This document shows, piece after piece, positions 18,302 to 26,863 of a stretch of DNA of 32,000 bases. A program made the translations under genes and the position numbers. The notes under the pieces were generated by a model, which saw only the letters and a list, made by a program, of their open reading frames with translations, was not told the DNA's origin and ran no database searches. Within the stretch, counting starts at the first letter, position 1; each line of letters opens with the position of its first letter. The stretch comes from Sinorhizobium meliloti (GTDB lineage: Bacteria > Pseudomonadota > Alphaproteobacteria > Rhizobiales > Rhizobiaceae). Location: positions 1,050,001-1,082,000 of the forward strand of contig NZ_JAGIOS010000001.1 of NCBI RefSeq assembly GCF_017876815.1, given 5' to 3'.

Positions 18302-18937
18302 ATGGCAACGTTCCTCTACGCCCGCGTCTCGACCACCGAGCAGTCCCTTGATCACCAGCGAACGCAAGCAGAAAAGGCTGGCTTCACCTTCGACCACGTG
18401 ATCGCAGATCATGGCGTGTCCGGTGTCTCTGTCCTGATGAAAGATCGCCCGGAAGGAAGACGCCTCTTCGACATGCTCCGGAATGGTGACGTGCTGGTCG
18501 TACGCTGGATAGATCGCCTTGGCCGAAACTACGCTGATGTGACAGACACGATCCGCGAGTTCATTCGCCGGGGCGTAATCATCCGCACGATCATCAACAA
18601 CATGACCTTTGACGGCTCCACGACAGACCCCGTCCAAATGGCCGTCAGAGACTCCCTGATCGCTTTCATGGCTGCGACAGCACAGGCCCAGGCGGAAGCC
18701 ACGAAGGAAGCTCAGCGGGCCGCCATTGCCCAGCTGAAGGCCAAGGATGATGGTAGCTACAAGGGACGGAAGCCAAGCTACACGCGCGAACAGTTCTCAC
18801 AGGTCTTGGACATGGACGGTAACGGCGCGTCCGTCTCGGAGATCGCCAAAACCACACGCCTGTCCCGCCAGACGGTCTACCGGATCAAGGAAGACCCGGG
18901 AGCGGCTGAAAAGTCTTTGGCGGTATGGGGCGCGTGA
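18302..18937 (+). CDS. Small serine recombinase (resolvase/invertase family)
   Basis: MATFLYARVSTTEQSLDHQ carries the catalytic Ser motif. Also RWIDRLGRN and a C-terminal HTH (ASVSEIAKTTRLSRQTVYRIK). GGAG lies 6 nt upstream; the track start at 18239 is TTG and covers the res-like region. Confidence 0.9.
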   Translation: MATFLYARVSTTEQSLDHQRTQAEKAGFTFDHVIADHGVSGVSVLMKDRPEGRRLFDMLRNGDVLVVRWIDRLGRNYADVTDTIREFIRRGVIIRTIINNMTFDGSTTDPVQMAVRDSLIAFMAATAQAQAEATKEAQRAAIAQLKAKDDGSYKGRKPSYTREQFSQVLDMDGNGASVSEIAKTTRLSRQTVYRIKEDPGAAEKSLAVWGA

Positions 18938-18969
18938 GGCTGATAATGCCTTTTGATCCTAGGTCGCTG

Positions 18970-20034
18970 TCACCCATCCCACACGTGTGCGCTCGCGGCA
19001 TCATAGAACTTAACTGCGAGCGGCCATCTCTCACCTCTCAGCCGAGACCTCAGGTTCATGAGAGACTGCGCCTGCTTGATCGCTTCGCGATTTGTGGCGC
19101 TTTCGGGATCTCCGTACAACCCAACTAAGAGATTGGCGACCCCACCCGCCGCAATGCAGCGCAAGACATGAGCATCATTGGGCGCGAGAGAGTGCCCGAA
19201 GACCACCAGCGCACCGGTTCCTGCTTTCATGCAGGCTTCGAAGCTCCGAAGAGCCTTATGGAGGTATGCGTTGTGGAGAATGCGCTCCATTTTGACTGAC
19301 GAGGTGCCCTCGGCAACGAAGACCGGAAACTTGTCCTCGTTAAGAGCGTCGCGGACCTGGTCGACAATCGGCAGATCTGTCTTTGACCAAGTGTACTTCG
19401 TTATCTCAGTCCCGCGGTCGAACAGGTGCAACGCGCCGTGTAGGTAGGAGACGGTGGCGCTAGACGCCTGCTGCCAAGAAACGTAGGGAGCGTCTTCGTT
19501 CTCGATTGGATGACGGAAACCATCATCATGGTTGAGTGGCTGATCCTCGAGGTCGCTGTGCATCAACGCCCAATACAAGAGGACGTCATAGTTCAGGGTG
19601 TAGATAGATCGAAACGGCCTCAAGAATGATCGGCAGGAGCGGTATTGATCGGCAGAGACTTCGTATGGCCGACTGGGATGGCGGCTCGCGATCACCTGGA
19701 CCAATACATCCTTGACAATTTCGGCGTCGTTTCGAAGGCCAGCGGCAAGTTTGGCGAGTTTCGGCCGGTATACCTCGAGAATTCGTGCGGTGTCCGAGAG
19801 GTGGCGGATGATCACTTCAAAGTCCCGCGTTCCCAGCGCGTCAAAGATCTTCCGTAGGTAAGGTGCCCTGGAGAAGTCTGCGTTCTCGTACAGTGAGCCG
19901 TACGTGAAGATGTCTGGCTTCAGCGCGATGCTGAAACCGTTTCCGAGCAACAGGTACTTGTTCGTCGCGCGAGCTATAGACTGCATCGCGTCGGGGTACT
20001 GCATCACTTCAACCAAGAGAGCCTCCGAAACCAC
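18970..20034 (-). CDS. SIR2-like (DUF4917-type) protein, putative NAD+-consuming effector
   Basis: 354 aa from a GTG start, or 344 aa from the ATG at 20004. Four motifs occur in the order seen in SIR2_2/ThsA-type domains: LLLGNGFS (28-35), TLNYD (146-150), YLHG (197-200) and VVFGHSLAPNDAHV (277-290). Confidence 0.8.
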   Translation of the reverse strand: MVSEALLVEVMQYPDAMQSIARATNKYLLLGNGFSIALKPDIFTYGSLYENADFSRAPYLRKIFDALGTRDFEVIIRHLSDTARILEVYRPKLAKLAAGLRNDAEIVKDVLVQVIASRHPSRPYEVSADQYRSCRSFLRPFRSIYTLNYDVLLYWALMHSDLEDQPLNHDDGFRHPIENEDAPYVSWQQASSATVSYLHGALHLFDRGTEITKYTWSKTDLPIVDQVRDALNEDKFPVFVAEGTSSVKMERILHNAYLHKALRSFEACMKAGTGALVVFGHSLAPNDAHVLRCIAAGGVANLLVGLYGDPESATNREAIKQAQSLMNLRSRLRGERWPLAVKFYDAASAHVWDG

Positions 20035-20158
20035 TGCGTATCATCGGCATCGCGGGAGTAACCCGTCAGTCACACGACTCGAACGATGCTATTTGAAGTG
20101 GAGCAAATGGAAGATGCACTTGCAAGGATTGCCGGAGATCTCGGCTGCTGGAGCGAGG

Positions 20159-21505
20159 TTATCCACCGCTAGGGAGCATCACCGCCTCAATACACGCCTT
20201 CAACTGAGCTGCGGACGCTCCGGTGGTATAAACGCCAAAGGTGATGTCCTTCTTCTTGTCTGCCTTGTGGCCCACGACATCCCTGATCGTCTCGATCTGT
20301 TGGCCAGCGTGCCGTGCTTCGGTGATGAACCATCTCCGAGCAGAGTGAAAGTTGACGAGGCTGCGTCTCTTACCCGGCCGCTTGTCGTCTACCTGGAGCA
20401 GCACCCGAAAGCGGTTGAAGCGTTTGCCGAATGTGTCCCCAGGGTCACGCAAGCCTGCCAATTCGTGGAAGAGCCAGTCCCTAGCTTCCTTCCCCTCGGT
20501 TCGCCGCTGAATGATCTCCGCCAGAGCAGGATGGATCGGCACCTTACGAGCGGCTGCTTCGGTCTTGCCTTGCTGAATGTCGAAGACCCCATCGTGAACG
20601 TCTTCGATCCACAGCGTCAGCACCTCCGCTTGCCGCATACCTGAGAGGCAGGAGATCGTCAGCGCATCTCGCAGAAGAAGCTCCCAGTCGGGATCGATGC
20701 CGTCCGGGTACCGAGCATAGAGCAGCCGCTTCAACTCATCCTCGGTATATGGTCGCTCTTCCTCTCTCTCCCCCCTCTCCACGCGCCTGCGCTTGCTAAC
20801 CACTTCCTGACCAAGCCAGGGATTATCCTTCAACTCCCCCGTCACGTGTCCTCTCATAAGCAGGTATTCCCAGTAGCCGCGAAGAGCCGTCATGTGCTTC
20901 TTCGCCGTGCTACGGTCCATCGGCTCGATCACTTCCGTCACGTAGCGACCCGCTGTCTTCCGGGTTATGTCAGGCAGCCTGAACTTCTCAGCAAGGCACC
21001 ATCGGGCAAAGTGGTTGAGGACGCCCCGACGTTCAGCGGTGGTCTTTGGGGCTAGCTTGATGGCACCGAGGTACGCATCGAAGTGGTGGTCAATAGGATG
21101 GTCACCAACGAAGGCGCGGGCGAAGCGTTCGCGGGCCTCTTCCTTCAGGGCGTCCTCTTCCGCCTCAGCGGCCCAAACGAGGTCTTGCAGGGCCTCACTA
21201 TCACCGCTCTGCGTGACGGCAGCCATAGCTTCCCGGTAAATCTGCCCTCGCTGCTCGGCTATCTCTTCCGCTGAGGTGATGATCTCCCCAGCCTTCACGC
21301 GGGCGAAGAGCGTTCGAACTTCCCGTTCAAGGATGTCGCGCTGTGCCATGGCTTGTTTGATGTCGCCCGTGTTCAGGCTTTGCATGTACATCGTCTTCCC
21401 GTCGAAGTGGTCTAGACAGGCAGCAGGTACCGCCATGCGAAACCACCAAGTCTGCCCCCGCAAGTCCAGCAATCGCTTGGACCCTTTGCTGCTCTTTCCC
21501 GCCAT
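20159..21505 (-). CDS. int: Tyrosine recombinase / phage-type integrase of the island
   Basis: 448 aa from ATG 21505 (MAGKSSKGSKRLLDLRGQTWWFRMAV). Catalytic signature: LSGMRQAEV (Arg), HSARRWF (H-x-x-R), VGHK (His), FGVYTTG (Tyr). The track start at 21547 is TTG. Confidence 0.9.
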   Translation of the reverse strand: MAGKSSKGSKRLLDLRGQTWWFRMAVPAACLDHFDGKTMYMQSLNTGDIKQAMAQRDILEREVRTLFARVKAGEIITSAEEIAEQRGQIYREAMAAVTQSGDSEALQDLVWAAEAEEDALKEEARERFARAFVGDHPIDHHFDAYLGAIKLAPKTTAERRGVLNHFARWCLAEKFRLPDITRKTAGRYVTEVIEPMDRSTAKKHMTALRGYWEYLLMRGHVTGELKDNPWLGQEVVSKRRRVERGEREEERPYTEDELKRLLYARYPDGIDPDWELLLRDALTISCLSGMRQAEVLTLWIEDVHDGVFDIQQGKTEAAARKVPIHPALAEIIQRRTEGKEARDWLFHELAGLRDPGDTFGKRFNRFRVLLQVDDKRPGKRRSLVNFHSARRWFITEARHAGQQIETIRDVVGHKADKKKDITFGVYTTGASAAQLKACIEAVMLPSGG

Positions 21506-21527
21506 TCTGACCAACCATTCTGACCAA
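21503..21527 (+). repeat. Tandem 13-mer (cattctgaccaac x2), right copy; overlaps the int start codon
   Basis: 25/25 identical to 13487-13511. It lies 59 nt inside attR, and the int ATG is the complement of 21503-21505. Confidence 0.5.
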
Positions 21528-21586
21528 CCTATAACCGGGATTAGCAAGTAAAAACAGGATTTTCAATGGGGTAGCGCCGGAGATCG

Positions 21587-21610
21587 TCGATCCCGCTTAG
21601 CTCCACCAAA
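21587..21610 (+). repeat. attR core (duplicated tRNA-Ala 3' end)
   Basis: 24/24 identity with 13405-13428. Confidence 0.85.
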
Positions 21611-21881
21611 TTTTCCGATGAATTTTTAGGACGCGTTCACGGATATAGGCGATGCGCCGATCATGCGCCCAGCCTTGCATGGTAATCTCCCGCCGCGACT
21701 TTACGTCGGCTGGTGCCTGCGAAGCGGTGACAGCGGATTTCTGTTTCATCCTTCAATAATAGCCGAATATCCGGCATTTACCTTCGCTGTTCGCGTCGGG
21801 CCGGACCGGCCGGCAGACCGAGCAGAAATCGTAGCCACGGTTGATGAAATCTTAACCCGCAGTCGCGGAGAAACTGGACAC

Positions 21882-22669
21882 ATGTTTCTCGTCTCGAAAA
21901 TCTTCTGGCTCGTCGCCCAGCCGCTGTCGCTCGCCTTCCTCGCCCTCGTCGTCGGGGTGCTGCTTATGCTCGGCCGTTTCCGCCGCAGCGGCGGTACTTT
22001 GAGCGCCTTCGGGCTCGCCGTCCTCTTCGTCACACTCTTCACCACCGCCGGCTCCTATTTCCTGCAGATCCTCGAGGATCGGTTTCCCCGCCCCACGCCG
22101 GAGCCCACGGAGCTTGCCTGCATCATCGTGCTCGGCGGCGCCTTCGAGAATGTGGTGATGGCCAGCCGCGGCGGCATGGAGCTGAACCAGGCGGCCGAGC
22201 GGTTCGTCGAGACCTTGAGGCTCGCGCAGGCCTATCCGCAGGCACGCATCCTTGTCTCGGGCGGAGACGGGTCGCTCAGCGGCATCTACGAGGGCGACGC
22301 GCATGCTTCGGAAAATTTCTTCGGGACCTTCGGCATCGGATCCGACCGGCTGATCCGCGAGGGAGAATCGCGGACGACCTTCGAAAACGCACGCTATACC
22401 AGGGATCTGCTGGCCAAGAACGGGCTTGAGCGTTGCGCACTCGTGACCTCCGCATACCACATGCCGCGCTCTATCGGTCTTTTTCGCGCAAACGGCATGG
22501 AGGTCACGCCCTGGCCGACGGATTATCGCACGAGCGGCAAGGTGCGGCTCGGCTTCGATTTCACCAGCCCTCGCTCAACGCCCAATTGGCGACGACGGCC
22601 GCCAAGGAGTGGACCGGGCTCGTTGCCTATTATCTCCTCGGCCGGACGCAGACGCTGCTGCCGCGGTAG
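21882..22669 (+). pseudogene. ElyC/SanA/YdcF (DUF218) family protein with a -1 frameshift near 22563-22570
   Basis: From MFLVSKIFWLVAQPLSL the protein has N-terminal TM helices and a DUF218 core (IIVLGG..., ILVSGG..., LVTSAYHMPRS). After GFDFT the frame drifts into Arg/Pro-rich sequence that overlaps the next gene. The -1 frame instead reads QPSLNAQLATTAAKEWTGLVAYYLLGRTQTLLPR*. The span is 788 nt, one short of a multiple of 3. Confidence 0.7.
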
Positions 22670-22732
22670 TCTACCGCATGTTTTCTTTAATAGGTTACGA
22701 TTAGAGGAGACTTGCAGCCAAGCGGAGCAGCC

Positions 22733-23368
22733 ATGCCGATCCTCGAATTCCTCGACTATGCGGGCGTCGCAATCTTTGCGGCGACGGGCGCGCTGTCGGC
22801 CTCCCGCAAGCAGCTCGACATCATCGGCTATCTGTTTCTCGCTTCCGCGACCGGTATTGGCGGCGGCACCATCCGCGACCTCGTTCTCGGCGCGACGCCG
22901 GTGTTCTGGGTGGTGAACCCCAATTTCATCATCGTCTGCGCGGCGGTGGCGGTCGCCGTCTTCCTCACGTCCCATTTGCTCGAATCGCGCTACCGGATGC
23001 TCGTATGGCTCGACGCGCTCGGCCTCTCGGCCTATTGCGTGATGGGCGCGGCAAAGGGGCTGGCGGCGACCGGCTCGCCCATCGTCGCCCTGGTCACGGG
23101 CGCCCTGACGGCAACCTTCGGCGGGGTTCTGCGCGATCTTCTGGCCGGCGAGCCCTCTGTCCTCCTGAGGCCGGAGATCTACGTCAGCGCAGCCCTCATC
23201 GGCGCCGGCGCCTTCGTCCTGGCCAGCCTAGCCGGATTGCCGCTTGTCGCAACGTCCGCGCTCGGCGTCATCACGGCCTTCGCCGTGCGGGGCGGCGCGC
23301 TGCGATACGGCTGGACGCTGCCGACGGGAAAGGCCGGTCCCGGCCGCGACCCGGACGACGTGATGTGA
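22733..23368 (+). CDS. Trimeric intracellular cation channel (TRIC/UPF0126, YadS-like) family membrane protein
   Basis: MPILEFLDYAGVAIFAATGALSA, and two internal repeats each with the glycine motif (GIGGGTIRDL and TFGGVLRDL). GGAG lies upstream of the ATG at 22733. Confidence 0.85.
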   Translation: MPILEFLDYAGVAIFAATGALSASRKQLDIIGYLFLASATGIGGGTIRDLVLGATPVFWVVNPNFIIVCAAVAVAVFLTSHLLESRYRMLVWLDALGLSAYCVMGAAKGLAATGSPIVALVTGALTATFGGVLRDLLAGEPSVLLRPEIYVSAALIGAGAFVLASLAGLPLVATSALGVITAFAVRGGALRYGWTLPTGKAGPGRDPDDVM

Positions 23369-23398
23369 CGAGACTTCGTGGCTCGGGGTGACGGACGC

Positions 23399-23821
23399 TC
23401 AGCGCTCGGTCTTGTGACGCAGCCGGATTACCACGTCGACATGGGAGATTTCCATGCCTTCCGGCGGTTCGGGGAGATTGTCGATCTGAATATTGCTCAC
23501 CGGAATGTCGAGGACTTCGTTTTCGCCCTCGATGAAGAAATGGTGGTGATCCGAGACATTCGTATCGAAATAGGTCCTGGCGCTCTCGACGGCGAGGACG
23601 CGGATCATGCCGGCTTCGGTGAACTGGTGGAGCGTGTTGTAGACGGTGGCGAGCGAAACGGGAACGCCGGCCGTGACGGCCTCTTCATGCAGTTCCTCCA
23701 CCGTCAGGTGACGGTCGCCCTTGGCGAAGATCAGATCGGCAAGCGCGACGCGCTGGCGCGTCGGGCGCAAACCCGAACTGCGCAGCCTCTCCTGTGAGGA
23801 CATGTGCGTTGCTTTCGTCAT
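23399..23821 (-). CDS. irr: Iron response regulator Irr (Fur family)
   Basis: RPTRQRVALADLIFAKGDRHLTVEELHEEAV..VPVSLATVYNTLHQFTEAGMIRVLAVE, followed by the HHH motif (VSDHHHFF). It is divergent from fabA, as in other Rhizobiales. Start is ATG 23821, with an alternative at 23803. Confidence 0.9.
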   Translation of the reverse strand: MTKATHMSSQERLRSSGLRPTRQRVALADLIFAKGDRHLTVEELHEEAVTAGVPVSLATVYNTLHQFTEAGMIRVLAVESARTYFDTNVSDHHHFFIEGENEVLDIPVSNIQIDNLPEPPEGMEISHVDVVIRLRHKTER

Positions 23822-24198
23822 CGACAACCGTTCCGATATACCTGCGGGATCCGTGGATTATCAATTTGCGATATAACTTCTGGCGCCGCGGCTTTCAATA
23901 GATTCCGCACATGCGAAGGCCGCAAAGGCCTGAAAATCGGCCCAAAGCGGGGGAAGGCGGGCATTTAACTCTGGCCGCCGCCACATTCATACTGTAAGCG
24001 ACGGCGGAATGATGTCACCATTCCGAGCGGTTCGGAGACGATGAGAGAGCTTTCCTTAGCCCGCATGCCGCTCTACTTGGAACGTCACGAGCCGCAGCCC
24101 GCATCGCAGCCGCGGATGACAGGTTGCGCTTCAAATCAGACCGGACTTGCACTAAAGCAGGTCGGAGAACACATAATCGACTCGGGAAGCAACCATTC

Positions 24199-24714
24199 AT
24201 GAACACCAGACAATCCAGCTTCAGCTATGAGGAAATCCTGATCTGCGGCCGAGGCGAAATGTTTGGCCCCGGCAACGCGCAGCTGCCGCTGCCGCCGATG
24301 CTGATGTTCAACCGCATCACCGACATTTCGGAAACGGGCGGGCCAAACGACAAGGGTTATGTCCGCGCCGAATTCGACATCACGCCGGATCTCTGGTTCT
24401 TTCCCTGCCACTTCATGGGCGATCCCGTCATGCCCGGATGCCTCGGTCTCGACGCCATGTGGCAATTGACCGGTTTCTTCCTCGGCTGGCTCGGGGAGGC
24501 CGGCAAGGGCCGCGCCATCTCCACCGGGGAAGTGAAGTTCACCGGCATGGTGACGCCGAAGACCAAGCTGGTAGAATACGGCATCGACTTCAAGCGCGTC
24601 ATGCGCGGCCGTCTGGTTCTTGGCATCGCCGACGGCTGGATGAAGGCCGATGGCGAAACGATCTACAAGGCCACCGATCTCAGGGTCGGCCTCTTCCAGG
24701 AAAAGGCCGACTGA
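24199..24714 (+). CDS. fabA: 3-hydroxydecanoyl-ACP dehydratase/isomerase
   Basis: 171 aa, [40 protein letters not shown]... Active-site region [24 protein letters not shown]. Confidence 0.95.
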   Translation: MNTRQSSFSYEEILICGRGEMFGPGNAQLPLPPMLMFNRITDISETGGPNDKGYVRAEFDITPDLWFFPCHFMGDPVMPGCLGLDAMWQLTGFFLGWLGEAGKGRAISTGEVKFTGMVTPKTKLVEYGIDFKRVMRGRLVLGIADGWMKADGETIYKATDLRVGLFQEKAD

Positions 24715-24763
24715 ACTGCGGGCGATCCCCGCACGGTTCCAATCGAAGAAAAGGTCATCTGAC

Positions 24764-25984
24764 ATGAGACGGGTTGTTGTAACGGGCCTCGGCATCGTTT
24801 CCTCGATCGGCAGCGATGCCGACGAAGTCACCGCGTCGCTGCGCGATGCGCGGTCGGGCATCACGTTTTCTCCGGACTTTGCCGAGCACGGCTTCAAATG
24901 CCAGGTCTGGGGAGCGCCGACGCTCGACCCGAGCGACCTCGTCGACCGCCGCGCCATGCGCTTCCTGTCCCAGGGCGGCGCCTGGAACCATGTGGCGATG
25001 AAGCAGGCGATCGCCGATTCCGGGCTCGAGGCCGGCGACATCACCAATGAGCGCACCGGCATCATCATGGGCTCGGGCGGCCCTTCTACCCGCGCGATCG
25101 TCGAAGCGGCGGAGATCACCCGCAAGAACAACAGCCCGAAGCGGATCGGCCCCTTCGTGGTGCCGAAGGCGATGTCGTCTACGGCTTCGGCGACGCTCGC
25201 GACCTGGTTCCAGATCCACGGCGTCAACTACTCGATCTCGTCGGCCTGCTCGACTTCGGCGCATTGCATCGGCAATGCCGCGGAAATGATCCAGTGGGGC
25301 AAGCAGGACGTCATGTTCGCGGGCGGCCATGAAGATCTCGACTGGACCATGTCCAATCTTTTCGACGCCATGGGCGCCATGTCGTCGAAGTACAACGACA
25401 CGCCGTCCGTCGCGTCGCGCGCCTATGACGCGAACCGCGACGGCTTCGTCATCGCCGGCGGTGCCGGCGTTCTCGTTCTGGAAGAGCTGGAGCACGCCAA
25501 GGCGCGCGGCGCCAAAATCTATGCGGAAATCGTCGGTTACGGCGCCACTTCGGACGGCTACGACATGGTCGCGCCATCAGGCGAAGGCGCGGTTCGCTGC
25601 ATGCGCCAGGCGCTGGCCACCGTGAAGGGCGAGGTCGACTACATCAATACCCACGGCACCTCGACGCCGGTCGGCGATCAGAAGGAGATCGGCGCCATCC
25701 GCGAGGTCTTCGGCGAGAAGATGCCGCATGTCCAGTCCACGAAATCGCTGACCGGCCACTCGCTCGGCGCGGCCGGCGTGCAGGAATCGATCTACGGTCT
25801 CCTGATGATGCAGGCCGGCTTCATCGGCGAAAGCGCTCACATCACCGAGCTCGATCCCGAATTCGAAGGGGTGCCGATCGTCCGCAAGCGCATCGACAAT
25901 GCCAAGATCGACACGGTTCTTTCGAACTCCTTCGGCTTCGGCGGCACAAACGCGACGCTCGTCTTCCAGCGCTATAACGGATAA
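24764..25984 (+). CDS. fabB: 3-oxoacyl-ACP synthase I
   Basis: 406 aa, [16 protein letters not shown]. Active-site Cys region [15 protein letters not shown]; catalytic His motifs [12 protein letters not shown] and [12 protein letters not shown]. Confidence 0.95.
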   Translation: MRRVVVTGLGIVSSIGSDADEVTASLRDARSGITFSPDFAEHGFKCQVWGAPTLDPSDLVDRRAMRFLSQGGAWNHVAMKQAIADSGLEAGDITNERTGIIMGSGGPSTRAIVEAAEITRKNNSPKRIGPFVVPKAMSSTASATLATWFQIHGVNYSISSACSTSAHCIGNAAEMIQWGKQDVMFAGGHEDLDWTMSNLFDAMGAMSSKYNDTPSVASRAYDANRDGFVIAGGAGVLVLEELEHAKARGAKIYAEIVGYGATSDGYDMVAPSGEGAVRCMRQALATVKGEVDYINTHGTSTPVGDQKEIGAIREVFGEKMPHVQSTKSLTGHSLGAAGVQESIYGLLMMQAGFIGESAHITELDPEFEGVPIVRKRIDNAKIDTVLSNSFGFGGTNATLVFQRYNG

Positions 25985-25988
25985 CACG

Positions 25989-26795
25989 ATGAACGGATTG
26001 ATGAACGGGAAGCGCGGCCTCATCATGGGCGTCGCCAACAGCCATTCTATTGCCTGGGGAATCGCCAAGTCTCTCGCCGCCCAGGGCGCAGAGCTCGCCT
26101 TCACCTATCAGGGCGAAGCCCTCGGCAAGCGCGTCAAGCCGCTGGCTGCAGAGGTCAATTCCGACTTCCTGCTCCCCTGCGACGTCGAGGACATCGGCTC
26201 CGTCGACGCTGTCGTCGACGCCATAAAGGAGCGCTGGGGCAAGCTCGATTTCGTCGTCCACGCCATCGGCTTCTCGGACAAGAACGAGCTCAAGGGTCTC
26301 TATGCCGACACGACGCGGGACAATTTCAGCCGCACCATGGTGATCTCCTGCTTCTCCTTTACCGAGATTGCCAAGCGTGCAGCGGAGCTGATGAGCGAGG
26401 GCGGCACCATGCTGACGCTCACCTATGGCGGCTCGATGCGGGTCATGCCGAACTACAACGTCATGGGTGTCGCCAAGGCCGCGCTCGAGGCTTCGGTGCG
26501 CTATCTTGCCGCCGACTACGGATCGCGCGGCATCCGCGTCAATGCGATCTCGGCCGGTCCGATCCGAACGCTTGCGGGCGCCGGCATTTCCGATGCGCGC
26601 GCGATGCTCTCCTGGCAGCAGAAGAACTCGCCCCTTCGCCGGACCGTCACCATAGAAGACGTCGGCAGTTCCGCACTTTATCTGCTCTCGGACCTCTCGC
26701 GCGGCGTCACCGGCGAAATTCATTACGTCGACTCCGGCTACAACATCACCTCGATGCCGACGCTCGAAGCATTGCGGGTCGCAGACGCGGATTAA
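25989..26795 (+). CDS. fabI: Enoyl-ACP reductase (NADH)
   Basis: MNGLMNGKRGLIMGVANSHSIAWGIAK, then YNVMGVAKAALEASVRYLA (the Y-x6-K motif). SDR fold. The ATG follows 4 nt after the fabB stop. Confidence 0.93.
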   Translation: MNGLMNGKRGLIMGVANSHSIAWGIAKSLAAQGAELAFTYQGEALGKRVKPLAAEVNSDFLLPCDVEDIGSVDAVVDAIKERWGKLDFVVHAIGFSDKNELKGLYADTTRDNFSRTMVISCFSFTEIAKRAAELMSEGGTMLTLTYGGSMRVMPNYNVMGVAKAALEASVRYLAADYGSRGIRVNAISAGPIRTLAGAGISDARAMLSWQQKNSPLRRTVTIEDVGSSALYLLSDLSRGVTGEIHYVDSGYNITSMPTLEALRVADAD

Positions 26796-26835
26796 ATCGC
26801 GTGATTGCCACGCTGCCCACGGCGGTTGGATGAGG

Positions 26836-26863
26836 CCCCTCCCTAACCCCTCCCCACAAGGGG
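26836..26863. repeat. REP/RIME-like G/C-tract palindromic unit (left copy, target of the ISAs1 insertion)
   Basis: cccctccctaacccctccccacaagggg. The extended span 26836-26869, which includes the first 6 nt of the IS, matches 28136-28169 in reverse complement at 33/34 positions. Confidence 0.6.

Noticed and set aside
21568-21610. Possible pseudo-tRNA at attR (ggggtagcgccggagatcgtcgatcccgcttagctccacca)
   Set aside because: Only the last 24 bp match tRNA-Ala. The upstream part cannot form an acceptor stem, D-arm or anticodon arm, so this is just the att duplication.
21663-21881. N-terminal extension of the YdcF-like ORF, and its 22566-22916 C-terminal extension
   Set aside because: The upstream extension starts next to attR and lacks family similarity. 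The family-typical N-terminus is MFLVSKIFWL at 21882. The downstream extension is frameshift read-through that overlaps the TRIC gene.
23896-23912. Possible Irr ICE box (tttcaatagattccgca) in the irr-fabA intergenic region
   Set aside because: Only about 8 of 14 positions match the recalled TTTAGAA-N3-TTCTAAA consensus, which is too weak to call.
24136-25227. 363-aa minus-strand ORF (also 25842-26909, 26843-28033 and 28320-29417)
   Set aside because: These are antisense shadows of fabA/fabB, fabI, the ISAs1 transposase and the methyltransferase respectively. None has a motif, and all overlap well-supported genes.
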